From contig JBAZUP010000001.1 in the NCBI GenBank assembly GCA_041661385.1, forward strand, positions 145,692-209,691: 64,000 nt of DNA, written 5' to 3'. Shown one piece after another: positions 31,188-41,234 of the stretch. A program made the position numbers and the translations under genes. This DNA comes from Patescibacteria group bacterium. GTDB lineage: Bacteria; Patescibacteriota; Patescibacteriia; Magasanikbacterales; GWA2-37-8. A model generated the notes under the pieces. The model worked only from the letters and a program-made list of their open reading frames with translations, was not told the origin of the DNA and did no database searches. The first letter of the stretch is position 1. Each line of letters begins with the position of its first letter.

Positions 31188-32426
31188 TTATGAAAGGTGT
31201 TTTACAAGCTCGTCTAATTTAATAATATCCGATTTGGCCTCGTTTCTTTTTTTAACTTCAACCGAACCTAGCGCGAGAGTTTTTTTAGAAATAATAATTC
31301 TGGTAGGAACTCCAATTAAATCCGCATCGCCAAATTTTTCACCGGCACTTACCCCTTCGCGATCGTCAAATAAAACATCAAATCCTTTTTGCAACATAGT
31401 TGCAAATAATTTTTCAGCTTCAGAGGTAACTTCGGGGCTACCAGCCAGGTTTACCAGATGTATTTTAAAAGGCGCGACAGCTTCTGGCCAGATAATTCCT
31501 TTTTCATCGTGAAAAATTTCAACCAATGCACCCATGATTCGAGATGGCCCCATTCCATAACAGCCCATTTCGACTGGCTTATTATTTCCTTCAGCATCTT
31601 TGAAGGTAAACTTGAATGAATCACTAAATTTAGTGTGAAGTTTGAAAATATTTCCAACCTCAATGGCTTTTTTTATTTTAAGATCAACATTATTACAGTT
31701 CGGGCAAAAATTATGTTCCTCAATGATTTCCTTATTAACTGCAACACGACATTTCTCACATAAATATATTGTGTCTTCACCGATATCGCTTATAGATTGA
31801 AATTCGTGAGAATAGCGGCTAAACGCTCCACCAGAGGCATAAGTCAAAACAGTCACTTCACCCAAGCCTAATCGATTATAAATATTAAAGTAGGCGCGGA
31901 GTGCTTTATCATAAAACGTGTCCAAATCTTCCACTGTGGTGTGAAAAGAATACATGTCCTTCATGTTGAATTCCCTCCCCCTCAATATTCCAGATTTCGC
32001 CCGGGCTTCATTACGAAATTTATTTTGAATTTGATAAACGTAAATCGGCAGATCACGATAAGAAAACGCGTAAGACTGAACTAGCGGTGTTACCACTTCT
32101 TCATGAGTCGGGTTAAGCATAGCCTTACCGCCACCAATAATTTCCGTTCTAAACAAAATATCCATCGTTGTTCGTCCGGTCGTAACATAGCTCTCCTCTT
32201 GAGTTAAAGCCGGCATTAAAATTTCTTGTCCGCCGAGTGCGTTCATTTCTTCTCTAATAATATTTTGAATTTTCGTCAAAACCCGCAAACCAAGCGGTAG
32301 ATAATTATAAACCCCGGCCATCTGCTTATTAACAAAACCGCCTTGGGTTAGAAACCGGGCATTAACACTTTCCGCATCAGCCGGTGTCGATTTAGTCGTT
32401 TTTCCGAATAATTGTGAGTATCTCAT
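31188..32426 (-). CDS. proS: Prolyl-tRNA synthetase, bacterial-type N-terminus, no INS editing domain, Cys4 zinc ribbon in its place
   Basis: MRYSQLFGKT...PADAE start. Class II motifs, anticodon-binding C-domain. CEKC...CPNC at residues ~223-244 between motifs 2 and 3. Confidence 0.85.
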   Translation of the reverse strand: MRYSQLFGKTTKSTPADAESVNARFLTQGGFVNKQMAGVYNYLPLGLRVLTKIQNIIREEMNALGGQEILMPALTQEESYVTTGRTTMDILFRTEIIGGGKAMLNPTHEEVVTPLVQSYAFSYRDLPIYVYQIQNKFRNEARAKSGILRGREFNMKDMYSFHTTVEDLDTFYDKALRAYFNIYNRLGLGEVTVLTYASGGAFSRYSHEFQSISDIGEDTIYLCEKCRVAVNKEIIEEHNFCPNCNNVDLKIKKAIEVGNIFKLHTKFSDSFKFTFKDAEGNNKPVEMGCYGMGPSRIMGALVEIFHDEKGIIWPEAVAPFKIHLVNLAGSPEVTSEAEKLFATMLQKGFDVLFDDREGVSAGEKFGDADLIGVPTRIIISKKTLALGSVEVKKRNEAKSDIIKLDELVKHLS

Positions 32427-32478
32427 AAAATATCAATAATATGCTGATTATAGCGGTTAAAATTAGGTTTGTAAATGA

Positions 32479-33249
32479 TTAAATAATAAAGTACGCAGCT
32501 GCTGCAACCAAAACCCGATATATTCCAAACCCGGTGAAAGTATGTCCCTTAATAAATTTAACCAGCCACTTAACCGCAATGATAGCTGTAATGAATGAAA
32601 CCACAAACCCTATCCCAAGCGACACAACCTGTGACGAATCAAACGAATTGCCATTTTTTATTAAATCGAGTCCAGTCGCGGCAAGCATGGTTGGTATTGC
32701 AAGTAAAAATGAAAACTCGACAATTGATTTACGATCATAACCAAGAGCAAGTCCGCCAACAATCGTAGCGGCGGCTCGCGACACCCCGGGAACTATTGCC
32801 AGACTTTGAACAACGCCTAAAATTACAGCATGTTTATAAGTAAGTTTTGAAATATCCATTTTTTCCGTTTTATCTTTTGCATACCACTTTTCAAAAAATA
32901 TCAAAACTAAACCGCCGATAAATAATGAATAAATAACTAGATGTGAATTACCCAAAAAATATTGCTTGGCTACTTTGTAAATAAGAAGTCCGATTATTCC
33001 AGTTGGAATAAATGCCGCAGTAATTTTAAGAAAAAGCTGTTTATTATACAAAATCTTTTTTCCATATAAAAAAACCACGGCGAGAATTGCGCCGAGCTGA
33101 ATAATTATTTCAAAACTTTTTACAAATTCCGATTCAATAATTTTTAGTAAATTTGCAGCAAGAATAAGATGGCCGGTAGAAGAAATCGGTAAAAATTCTG
33201 TTATACCCTCCACAATTCCAAGAACTATTGCCTGAAAAATTGATATCAT
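32479..33249 (-). CDS. uppP: Undecaprenyl-diphosphate phosphatase
   Basis: GITEFLPISSTGHL motif; polytopic, 256 aa. Confidence 0.9.
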   Translation of the reverse strand: MISIFQAIVLGIVEGITEFLPISSTGHLILAANLLKIIESEFVKSFEIIIQLGAILAVVFLYGKKILYNKQLFLKITAAFIPTGIIGLLIYKVAKQYFLGNSHLVIYSLFIGGLVLIFFEKWYAKDKTEKMDISKLTYKHAVILGVVQSLAIVPGVSRAAATIVGGLALGYDRKSIVEFSFLLAIPTMLAATGLDLIKNGNSFDSSQVVSLGIGFVVSFITAIIAVKWLVKFIKGHTFTGFGIYRVLVAAAAYFII

Positions 33250-33313
33250 AAAATCGATAAATATGGGTTATTTTATCACAAAACTTACAATAAAAAAAGA
33301 GCCGAGCGGCTCT

Positions 33314-33874
33314 TTAAGGAACGACAGTAACTGTAGCACTGCCACCACCATCGCAGGTGATATAATTTGTACCAATATTATTGAGGGTCGCGATTGCGTA
33401 ATTGTACGAAGCAATCAAATATTTATCATTTTTTATACCGATTGAGTGAGCTTTGCTATCGCGGTTATCAAGCATGATTTTACTTCCCTGCTTTACGATA
33501 AGCGAACCAGGTGTCGCCTGACAAGGATAGAATTGAATGTAATAACCGGAATCCTTATATTTTGTCGAAGCATCAACATACGACTGAGTGGCTGATTTTG
33601 AAATTACTGGTTTAGTTTCTGTTGTTTTCGGTGCCGTAGTTGCTGATTGCTTTGTGGACTGAATAACCGGCACGGTTTTTTGAGTTGTGGTAATTTCTGC
33701 CTGAGTAGATGTATTTTGACCTATTGTATTTTTAGATCCATTATTCTCATTATTGGATATTTTGTTTTTGCTATATATAGCTAGAACAATAAAAAAAACC
33801 ACGATTCCTCCTGCGGCGATGAACTTGGAATATTTTTGCATAGTTTTATTAAAAATATTGTCTATACTATACAC
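33314..33874 (-). CDS. Membrane-anchored hypothetical protein with Thr/Gln-rich linker and Cys-containing C-domain
   Basis: N-terminal TM, low-complexity linker, no motif. Confidence 0.4.
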   Translation of the reverse strand: MYSIDNIFNKTMQKYSKFIAAGGIVVFFIVLAIYSKNKISNNENNGSKNTIGQNTSTQAEITTTQKTVPVIQSTKQSATTAPKTTETKPVISKSATQSYVDASTKYKDSGYYIQFYPCQATPGSLIVKQGSKIMLDNRDSKAHSIGIKNDKYLIASYNYAIATLNNIGTNYITCDGGGSATVTVVP

Positions 33875-34365
33875 TATTTTACATTATCCGTCAAAGAATC
33901 AACCGATTCGATAAGTAATTTTGGAGAATCAACAACTAGGTCAACGCCCGCGCCTTCCAGAGCTTTTTGATTATGAGCACCCCACAAAACACCAATAACC
34001 TTAATGCCGGCATTGTTGGCGCTTTCCACATCTTGCGTGGTATCAGTAATCATTACAGTTTTACTGCTATCAATTTGAAAAGATTTCAAAATTTCCAAAA
34101 TTTTTTCGGTTTTATTCGAATTATCATCGAATCCAAATACTTCTTCAAAACAATTTCTAATCCCGTGTTTAGTTAGAAAATGAACAATAGTGCTGGAATA
34201 TGATGATGAAACAACAAACAGAAGGTGCGTTTTTGATAAATTGACTATCACCTCTTTAATTCCAGGCATTATTGCTCCAAATAATCCGTTTGATATAACA
34301 CCGCCAAAATCAAAAATTACGCACTTTTGACCTTGTTTAACAAGATTTTCATTCATTATTATCAC
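33874..34365 (-). CDS. HAD-like hydrolase
   Basis: VIFDFGGV motif I; 163 aa. Confidence 0.5.
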   Translation of the reverse strand: MIIMNENLVKQGQKCVIFDFGGVISNGLFGAIMPGIKEVIVNLSKTHLLFVVSSSYSSTIVHFLTKHGIRNCFEEVFGFDDNSNKTEKILEILKSFQIDSSKTVMITDTTQDVESANNAGIKVIGVLWGAHNQKALEGAGVDLVVDSPKLLIESVDSLTDNVK

Positions 34366-34434
34366 ATTATTATGGTCAGGCCTTGATTTATTTATTATTT
34401 CAGTGTATAATGTAGGAGAATTAATTTAATCTTT

Positions 34435-34563
34435 ATGAATACCGCATTAAAAGCGCGTCTAAAACACAGTTTAAAGAATACCAAGAAAGGTAAGGAATTG
34501 GCAAGAAAAACCAGAAAATTCCGACGTAATAACTACTGGACCAAGCCAAAAAGCATCAAATAA
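34435..34563 (+). CDS. 42-aa very basic small protein, or alternatively a ~180-nt sRNA, with its own promoter and terminator
   Basis: ORF MNTALKARLKHSLKNTKKGKELARKTRKFRRNNYWTKPKSIK. Upstream TTGATT-17-TATAAT (34383-34411). Strong terminator right after the stop. No good SD. Confidence 0.3.
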   Translation: MNTALKARLKHSLKNTKKGKELARKTRKFRRNNYWTKPKSIK

Positions 34564-34570
34564 ATTAAAA

Positions 34571-34593
34571 ACCTCCATTCGTGGAGGTTTTTT
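34571..34593. terminator. Bidirectional terminator acctcca-ttcg-tggaggt + T-run
   Basis: 7 bp stem with UUCG loop flanked by A-run and T-run, between convergent transcription units. Confidence 0.6.
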
Positions 34594-34981
34594 AAATTTC
34601 CGTTAATAATTTTGCCGTCCAGCCGTCAACTAATTTTTGGTTTAAAGAAAGGTCCAAATAATACCCATCTAACTTTAATGTCGGAAATATTTTTTTTGAA
34701 CCGAGCGACCGAAGAGCCGCATCAATGTAATCTACCGCGCCGCAAAAATTAGTAAAACTTCGATTACCACAGCCAAATACTGTGTATTGCTTGGGAATTA
34801 TTCGCTCTGCGGCAACTCGTCTTAACAGGTCCATCATAAACTCGTGCGGCACTGCATCCTTTCCGTTGCTTTCCCAAGTTGGCGAACCAAATATAACCAA
34901 TTTGTATTGTTCGAGGTCGCTTGGATTTACTTTTTCTGCGCGTTGCATTATCACTTCATGCTTAACAGATAAATTCTTCAT
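34592..34981 (-). CDS. Flavodoxin-like protein lacking the N-terminal FMN phosphate-binding loop
   Basis: LVIFGSPTWESNG and YTVFGCGNRSF align to the central and C-terminal flavodoxin segments. No T/SxTGxT loop. Only 64 bp separate it from korB. Confidence 0.45.
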   Translation of the reverse strand: MKNLSVKHEVIMQRAEKVNPSDLEQYKLVIFGSPTWESNGKDAVPHEFMMDLLRRVAAERIIPKQYTVFGCGNRSFTNFCGAVDYIDAALRSLGSKKIFPTLKLDGYYLDLSLNQKLVDGWTAKLLTEI

Positions 34982-35045
34982 TATTCTCTCACTAACTAAA
35001 AAAGTATTTCATGAATTAGTGGAATAAACAATAATTATTTTCATG

Positions 35046-35903
35046 TCAGCAATACTTATCAAAAATTTTTGAAATGTCACGCTTCGGCACTGAGCGTTTT
35101 ACGAGCGTTTCATTTTTTAGTACTTCGAGCTGATCTTCGTAGCATGGGGCGTCACTTTCATAAAAGACACCGACCGGAATATTTTTTTCTCCCCACTCAG
35201 AACATTTTTCCATCGCTGAATAAAGATTATTAGTTTTGTACTTATTATCTAATTTATAAGTATTTTTCTGATAGAAGATGTGGGTATATTCATGATTAAA
35301 TGTTACGCAGGGCTGTAAAATATCAAGTAGCGCGAAACCTTTGTGTTTCGCGGCGCGAGCCATAAGTTCCGCAGTATGTTCAATGTCACCAGCATAACTA
35401 CGCGCCACAAAAGTTGCTCCGGCTGACAATGCGAGCATCATCGGATTTAAGGGTTCCTCAATTTTTCCATCCGGTGTTGATTTTGAAACATAACCTTTGG
35501 ACGAACGTGATGAAGTTTGTCCGGTGGTAAGCCCGTAAATAGCATTATCATGCAATATCACAGTAATATTTTGATTACGTCTCGCGGCGTGGATAAAATG
35601 GTTTCCTCCTTCTGACAAGCAATCGCCGTCACCAGTAAAAACCATTACATTTAAATTATGATTTGCAAACTTAATTCCTGAGGCCACCGGTATCGCTCTT
35701 CCGTGGAGACCCTCAAAAGCGGTAATTTTAGTAAAGTTTATAATATGACCATGACAACCAATACCGGCGACTATCACAGTATTACCGTCGCTCCAGTTTT
35801 CGGCTTCTGCAGCTTTTTTAAACGAATACCAAATTCCAAAATTGCCACAACCAGTGCACCAATTACAAACATTTGGGGTTAGAAATCTGTCAGTTTGGTT
35901 CAT
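35046..35903 (-). CDS. korB: 2-oxoacid:ferredoxin oxidoreductase beta subunit (TPP-binding)
   Basis: N-terminal Cys cluster NWCTGCGNFGI and TPP motif GDGD. Confidence 0.85.
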   Translation of the reverse strand: MNQTDRFLTPNVCNWCTGCGNFGIWYSFKKAAEAENWSDGNTVIVAGIGCHGHIINFTKITAFEGLHGRAIPVASGIKFANHNLNVMVFTGDGDCLSEGGNHFIHAARRNQNITVILHDNAIYGLTTGQTSSRSSKGYVSKSTPDGKIEEPLNPMMLALSAGATFVARSYAGDIEHTAELMARAAKHKGFALLDILQPCVTFNHEYTHIFYQKNTYKLDNKYKTNNLYSAMEKCSEWGEKNIPVGVFYESDAPCYEDQLEVLKNETLVKRSVPKRDISKIFDKYC

Positions 35904-37606
35904 ATGGCTAATCGTTTATTTATTTCTACAACTAATTCGTCTGGAAAAAATGGCCTACCATCAGATTTAAGTAAATTATCCATTATTCTAATGCCCGTCA
36001 TTTCGGTAATTAAACCGCCAAGTTGAGCAGAAAAATTACCTTCAACATTAAGCAGCCGTTTTGCCCGTTTTAATTCTTTTGCAACCGCATCAGACGGAAA
36101 TGGGCTTAACCAACCAATATGAACAAAATTTACATTTGGCAATTGCTTCATCGCTTCCAAAACTGCTCCTTTAGTACTGCCCCAAGATACGATTGTTAAT
36201 TCCGCATCTTGTGGCCCATAAAGCAATGGACCCTTCATATCCTCTGTTGAACAAGTATCCATTTTGCGCATTCGTTTACCCATCATCATATCGCGCATCG
36301 CCGCTTCATCATTTGTATAACCTTTTTCATCATGTTCATCGGAATTTGCAACAACATGATTTACACTGCCGGCTGGCGCGCGTAGCGAAATACCGTCTTC
36401 GGAATTCGCGTAACGTGAATAGTCCGCAATGCTTTTCATAGAAAATTTCCCTCGCTCAATCGGACCGGTAACTTTGAATGGCTGGAATGATTGGTGACTT
36501 TCGCAAATTTGCTTGTCGAGCATAACAATTACCGGTGTCTGATATTTGTCGGCCAAATTAAAAGCGTCAAATACCATTTCGAATGCTTCTTTGGCATCGC
36601 CGGGAGCTAAAACAATTTTTGGAATATCCCCTTGATGACTGTGTAAAACAAACCGTAAATCTCCTTGTTCGGTCCAAGTGGGTAATCCGGTAGAGGGTCC
36701 GCCCCGCATTCCTTCGATAATAACTACCGCTGTTTCAGTCATGCCGGCGAGCCCTATTGCCTCGGTCATAAGACAATAGCCTCCCCCGCCCGTTGCCGTC
36801 ATTGATCTTACACCCGCAAACGAAGCGCCAATCGCCATGTTTAATGCGCTTATCTCATCTTCTGGCTGGCGGAAAACAAATTGATAATCTTTTTGGAGCG
36901 GAGCAAGAGTATGTAAAATATTTGTTATTGGTGTCATGGGGTAAATCGCGGCAAATTGCATTCCGGCCGCAACTGAGCCAAGCGCCGCAGCTTCATTTCC
37001 GGTAATTACAATTTTTTTACCAGAACTTTTTTGTTTAATCAAAAGCGGCTGAATAAATGTTTTAAAATTTGCAACCGCATATTCATAACCGGCTTCAATC
37101 GCCTCCGTATTTTGAATTTTAACTTTTTCGCTTTTCGTTTTAAACTCTTCAGCGACAATCCCTCTCATCAAAACTTGATCAGCCCCAAGCAAGGCCGAAA
37201 CCGCACCAAGCGCAATCGTATCTCTTAGTAGCACTGCGCCCTTTTCCATTGCTATTTTTCCAAGCGGCATGTCAATCAAGCGATATTTATTTACATTGGT
37301 TGGAAGAATCTTAACTTGCGAGCTGTCATAAAGTATTGTCGCATTTTCATTTAAAAATTCGGTATCTCTATTCATTGATTCCTGGTTTAACACTACCAAA
37401 AAATCGATCCCCGAATAGGCGCTGAAAATAGGTTCAACAGAAAAAGTTGACCTAAATAAAGTATGACCACCCCGCACAATTGAAGGATATTCAAAATAAT
37501 TAAAAACACTATAACCAAGTCGAACTGCGATTTTTGAAAAGCTAAGTCCGGTCGAATTGATACCGTAACCAGCCTCTCCACCCATTGCTAAAGTAAAATG
37601 TTTCAT
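35900..37606 (-). CDS. korA: 2-oxoacid:ferredoxin oxidoreductase alpha subunit with fused N-terminal gamma domain
   Basis: 568 aa. Gamma-like GGEAGYGI N-terminus followed by alpha domains; overlaps korB by 4 bp. Confidence 0.85.
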   Translation of the reverse strand: MKHFTLAMGGEAGYGINSTGLSFSKIAVRLGYSVFNYFEYPSIVRGGHTLFRSTFSVEPIFSAYSGIDFLVVLNQESMNRDTEFLNENATILYDSSQVKILPTNVNKYRLIDMPLGKIAMEKGAVLLRDTIALGAVSALLGADQVLMRGIVAEEFKTKSEKVKIQNTEAIEAGYEYAVANFKTFIQPLLIKQKSSGKKIVITGNEAAALGSVAAGMQFAAIYPMTPITNILHTLAPLQKDYQFVFRQPEDEISALNMAIGASFAGVRSMTATGGGGYCLMTEAIGLAGMTETAVVIIEGMRGGPSTGLPTWTEQGDLRFVLHSHQGDIPKIVLAPGDAKEAFEMVFDAFNLADKYQTPVIVMLDKQICESHQSFQPFKVTGPIERGKFSMKSIADYSRYANSEDGISLRAPAGSVNHVVANSDEHDEKGYTNDEAAMRDMMMGKRMRKMDTCSTEDMKGPLLYGPQDAELTIVSWGSTKGAVLEAMKQLPNVNFVHIGWLSPFPSDAVAKELKRAKRLLNVEGNFSAQLGGLITEMTGIRIMDNLLKSDGRPFFPDELVVEINKRLAI

Positions 37607-39798
37607 AAAAATGCCTTGCCATCGACGGCAAAAATTTCGTTTTCAGTAATAATAATTGGGTTAATTTCTATTTCCTTTAACATCTCACATCTTTCTAAAA
37701 GCCCATCGACAATCATAATTAATCGGACCAACTTGTCTATCGCGTAAGATTTACCAGTACGATAACCGGTCAAAATTTTACCGATTCGGGAATTTTTCAA
37801 CAAATCAATAATTAATTCTTTTGAAGCCGGTAAAATAATAATTTTATTATCATTAAATAATTCTGCATAAATACCCCCTGCTCCGAGCAATAATATTCGT
37901 CCGTAAACAGGATCTTTTTTTATACCAATAATTACTTCAATACCAGGCGGTGCAAATTTTTGAACCATAATTCCGGCGTCTAATTTTTTTGATTTGAGCT
38001 GATCGACAACTTTCTGCAGCTTACGCATATCTATCGCCAAATCGTCACCGTTATTTATACCGGAATAAACTCCACCAATATCAGTTTTATGCAAAACAGC
38101 GGGTGAAGTAATTTTAATTGAAATTGGATATTCAAAACGATGAGCAAATTCCTGAGCATCAGCAAAACTAGTCGCGAGCGCATAAGGAGGCAACCGCACG
38201 CCAACTTCATTTAGTATTTCGTTAACCTCATAACCGCTCAATACTTTTCTTTGGTCAAAAATCTTACCCAAATAATTATTAACTCTCCCAAGCGACGAAT
38301 CCGAAATCAATGATTTATTTGATTCACTACCTAATACCGCAGCCATTCTTTTTTTATTCCAAATCCACATTTTTCCCAGCGCTTTTACCGCGCGTTCTGG
38401 ATAGTGAAATGAAGGAATTTTCGCCTCATTTAACACCTTAACTCCGATATCAGTTTGCGAACCGCCCATAAATGAGCAGATAATTGTTTTTTTGTATCTT
38501 GCAGAAAGTTCACAGATTACTTTGGCAGTTTGTTCGATTTCAGTCATTATTTGCGGTGTAAGCAAAGCAAGAACACAATCAACATTTGAGTCTGCTAAAA
38601 CCGCCTCAAGCGCATCATGATAACGGCTGGCATTCGCATCTCCTAGAACATCAATCGGATTATGCAATGCCGCCTCTCTCGGTAACAACTTTACCAACTT
38701 ATTTTCAGTTCGTTTTAATAACGGCGCAAGTTTAAGATTGTTTTCAAACAAAAAATCTGTGGTAATAACCGCTGGTCCACCAGCATTCGAAACAATCGCA
38801 GTGTTAGGTCCCTTCGGGGCATTTTCCCAGGAAAAAACTTTTAACAAATCAAACATATCCTCAATACCTTCCGCTCTTATAGCACCGCTCATTTCCAAAG
38901 CTGCAGAAAATATCTTGTCATCTCCGGCAAGAGCACCCGTATGCGAAATCATAGCTTTACTAGCCGCAACACTTTTTCCGGGTTTTAAAACAATGACCGG
39001 ATTTTTAATCCCATTTAATGAAACGAGTTCAACAAATTTTTGTCCTTCGCTTACCGATTCAAGATACAGACCAATCGGTTTGTAAGAAGAAAGACCATTT
39101 AATTGCTGTTTTTTTGTAATTAGAACATTATCTTTGTTCAATTGCCAATAATCCAAAAAACTATTTTCAGTTAGCCCGGCTTTATTTCCGATTGTTACAA
39201 ATTCATCAAACCCAATCGAGTTTGCCGCCGCCCAATCAAACATACTGGTGGCGATTGCGCCGGATTGAGAAATAAACCGAACGTTACCGGTTTCTTTTGC
39301 TACCATTCCAAAAGTCGCATTGACCTGAGACGCAGTACTTAAATAACCAAGACAATTAGGACCGAGTATATTAATCTTAAATTCTTTTGCAATTGTCACG
39401 AGCTCATTTTCAAGTTCCGCACCACTCACGCCAATTTCTTTAAATCCAGCTGCCAAAACAACAATATTTTTAGTTCCCTTTTCACCAATCTCTCGAATTA
39501 AGCCAGCAATTGTTTCAGCGGGAGTAGTTAATACTGCAACATCGGGTATTACAGGAATTTCTGTATAAGATGCAAAAACCTGATGTCCATTAACATCAGG
39601 AAGGTGTGGATTAACCAAATAAACCTCTCCTTTAAATCCAAATTTATCAAGATTCTTTACAACAATATTTCCGATCTTTTTTTCATCTGCGGACGCGCCG
39701 ACTACGGCGATAGTTGAGGGGCTAAAAAAGGTTTTTAATTTTTTAATGTCTCCTTTCTCCATGTTATACATTATACCATTTTTTAATTTGGTGGACAA
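37603..39798 (-). CDS. ADP-forming acetyl-CoA synthetase (NDP-forming acyl-CoA synthetase, fused alpha/beta)
   Basis: CoA-binding IAVVGAS...KIG N-terminus, succinyl-CoA-synthetase-like and ATP-grasp domains; 731 aa. Confidence 0.85.
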   Translation of the reverse strand: MSTKLKNGIMYNMEKGDIKKLKTFFSPSTIAVVGASADEKKIGNIVVKNLDKFGFKGEVYLVNPHLPDVNGHQVFASYTEIPVIPDVAVLTTPAETIAGLIREIGEKGTKNIVVLAAGFKEIGVSGAELENELVTIAKEFKINILGPNCLGYLSTASQVNATFGMVAKETGNVRFISQSGAIATSMFDWAAANSIGFDEFVTIGNKAGLTENSFLDYWQLNKDNVLITKKQQLNGLSSYKPIGLYLESVSEGQKFVELVSLNGIKNPVIVLKPGKSVAASKAMISHTGALAGDDKIFSAALEMSGAIRAEGIEDMFDLLKVFSWENAPKGPNTAIVSNAGGPAVITTDFLFENNLKLAPLLKRTENKLVKLLPREAALHNPIDVLGDANASRYHDALEAVLADSNVDCVLALLTPQIMTEIEQTAKVICELSARYKKTIICSFMGGSQTDIGVKVLNEAKIPSFHYPERAVKALGKMWIWNKKRMAAVLGSESNKSLISDSSLGRVNNYLGKIFDQRKVLSGYEVNEILNEVGVRLPPYALATSFADAQEFAHRFEYPISIKITSPAVLHKTDIGGVYSGINNGDDLAIDMRKLQKVVDQLKSKKLDAGIMVQKFAPPGIEVIIGIKKDPVYGRILLLGAGGIYAELFNDNKIIILPASKELIIDLLKNSRIGKILTGYRTGKSYAIDKLVRLIMIVDGLLERCEMLKEIEINPIIITENEIFAVDGKAFL

Positions 39799-39846
39799 AC
39801 CCTTGTATAAAAAAAGCCGACAATGTAATTTGTCGGCTTAAAAAGG

Positions 39847-40245
39847 CTATTTTTTTAGCAAATCTCTAATCTCGGTAAGTAATAATTCTTCTTTGGTTGG
39901 CGGTGGCGGTACGGTCGGTGCCGCTTCTTTTTGTTTTTGCAATTTATTTATCAGCTTAATCATAATAAAAATTACCGCGGCAATAATTATGAATTCAATA
40001 ACATTTTGGATAAATACTCCATAATTTATAGATGCGAGCGGTGTACCATCGGCGGCTTTAGTCATCACCCACTTTAAATCCTTAAAATTTACATTGCTAA
40101 TTAATAACCCAAGCGGCGGCATAACTATGTCACCCACTATTGAAGTAACTATTTTACCGAAAGCACCTCCAATTACCACACCAACCGCAAGATCAATAAC
40201 ATTCCCTCTCATTACAAATGTTTTAAATTCATTTAAAAATTTCAT
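39847..40245 (-). CDS. mscL: Large-conductance mechanosensitive channel
   Basis: [33 protein letters not shown] signature. Confidence 0.9.
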   Translation of the reverse strand: MKFLNEFKTFVMRGNVIDLAVGVVIGGAFGKIVTSIVGDIVMPPLGLLISNVNFKDLKWVMTKAADGTPLASINYGVFIQNVIEFIIIAAVIFIMIKLINKLQKQKEAAPTVPPPPTKEELLLTEIRDLLKK

Positions 40246-40582
40246 ATCGATTATATTAAAACAATATAATTATATAATCTAATTTTCAAAATTGCAATAA
40301 AAAAACGGCCAAAGCCGTTAATTGAGGGGGGGAAATAAATGTATAATGAGGATAATCAGTTCGTAATATTCTAGCTGCTTCCTATTATACCAATATCCGA
40401 TTTTAGGTAGAGCCTAAATACCGAACGTTTTTTCCTCTTTTATACACTGATTTTCACCCTCAACTATATTGTTTCTACTCGTCTATATACTAACTATAGC
40501 ACCACTAGAAGCTTCGACAAGTGCACAAATGGTGCATAACTAAAACCCCTCTTCTGAGGGGTTTTAGTAAGATTTATAATAA

Positions 40583-40897
40583 TTATTTTTTTTCTTTTTT
40601 GCCGGTTATTTTTCGGAGTCTCGCCATACCTCTTTCCAATGTCCGGTGCAAATCCTCTTTTAATGCTTCCTTGTGCGCAATTTCTTTTTCCACAAATTCC
40701 GCATTGGTCTCAATTTTTTTAGGTTTAGAAACCTCAGTGCTTACACTCTCTACATCGCGACCATACCGGTGTAATTTTTTTTCTTCTTCGTTATTTTCCT
40801 CACGTTCTAGTTCGCGTTTTTTTTCAAGCTCTTTTTCTTGTTCATTTTTTGCCCAGTCAAAAAGCGGTTGACCTTCCGCACCTTTTTTTTCCACCAT
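40583..40897 (-). CDS. Highly charged (KE-rich) hypothetical protein
   Basis: 104 aa, low complexity, followed by a clean hairpin terminator at 40540-40565. Confidence 0.35.
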   Translation of the reverse strand: MVEKKGAEGQPLFDWAKNEQEKELEKKRELEREENNEEEKKLHRYGRDVESVSTEVSKPKKIETNAEFVEKEIAHKEALKEDLHRTLERGMARLRKITGKKEKK

Positions 40898-40906
40898 AAA
40901 ATATTA

Positions 40907-41230
40907 TTAATTAATACCTAATAACTCCACTTCAAAAAATAAAGTAGATTTTGCAGGAATTGGACCATACTGTTCTTCGCCATAGGCTAAATTATATGGC
41001 ACGGTTAATTTGCGCTTTTCGCCAACTTTCATGCCTACTACCCCCAAATCCCAGCCTTTTATGACCATTCCCGAACCTAGCACAAATTCAAATGGTTCAT
41101 CTCGGTCAACGCTAGAATCAAATTTTTTTCCATCTTCAAAAGTGCCGGTATAGTGAACACGAACACTTTTTCCGTTTTGCGCCTTCTCCCCTGCTCCTTC
41201 TTTTATTACTTCTATTTTTAACTCATTCAT
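40907..41230 (-). CDS. FKBP-type peptidyl-prolyl cis-trans isomerase
   Basis: GKKFDSS...FEFVLG...IKGWDLGVVGMKVGEKRKLTVP motif. Start moved to MNELK to remove overlap with the cupin gene. Confidence 0.8.
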   Translation of the reverse strand: MNELKIEVIKEGAGEKAQNGKSVRVHYTGTFEDGKKFDSSVDRDEPFEFVLGSGMVIKGWDLGVVGMKVGEKRKLTVPYNLAYGEEQYGPIPAKSTLFFEVELLGIN

Positions 41231-41234
41231 AAAA

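Noticed and set aside
40246-40582. Long intergenic region upstream of mscL with small palindrome TGCACAAATGGTGCA
   Set aside because: I considered a riboswitch or sRNA, but no conserved motif is recognisable. It is most simply the mscL promoter region plus the upstream gene's terminator at 40540-40565.
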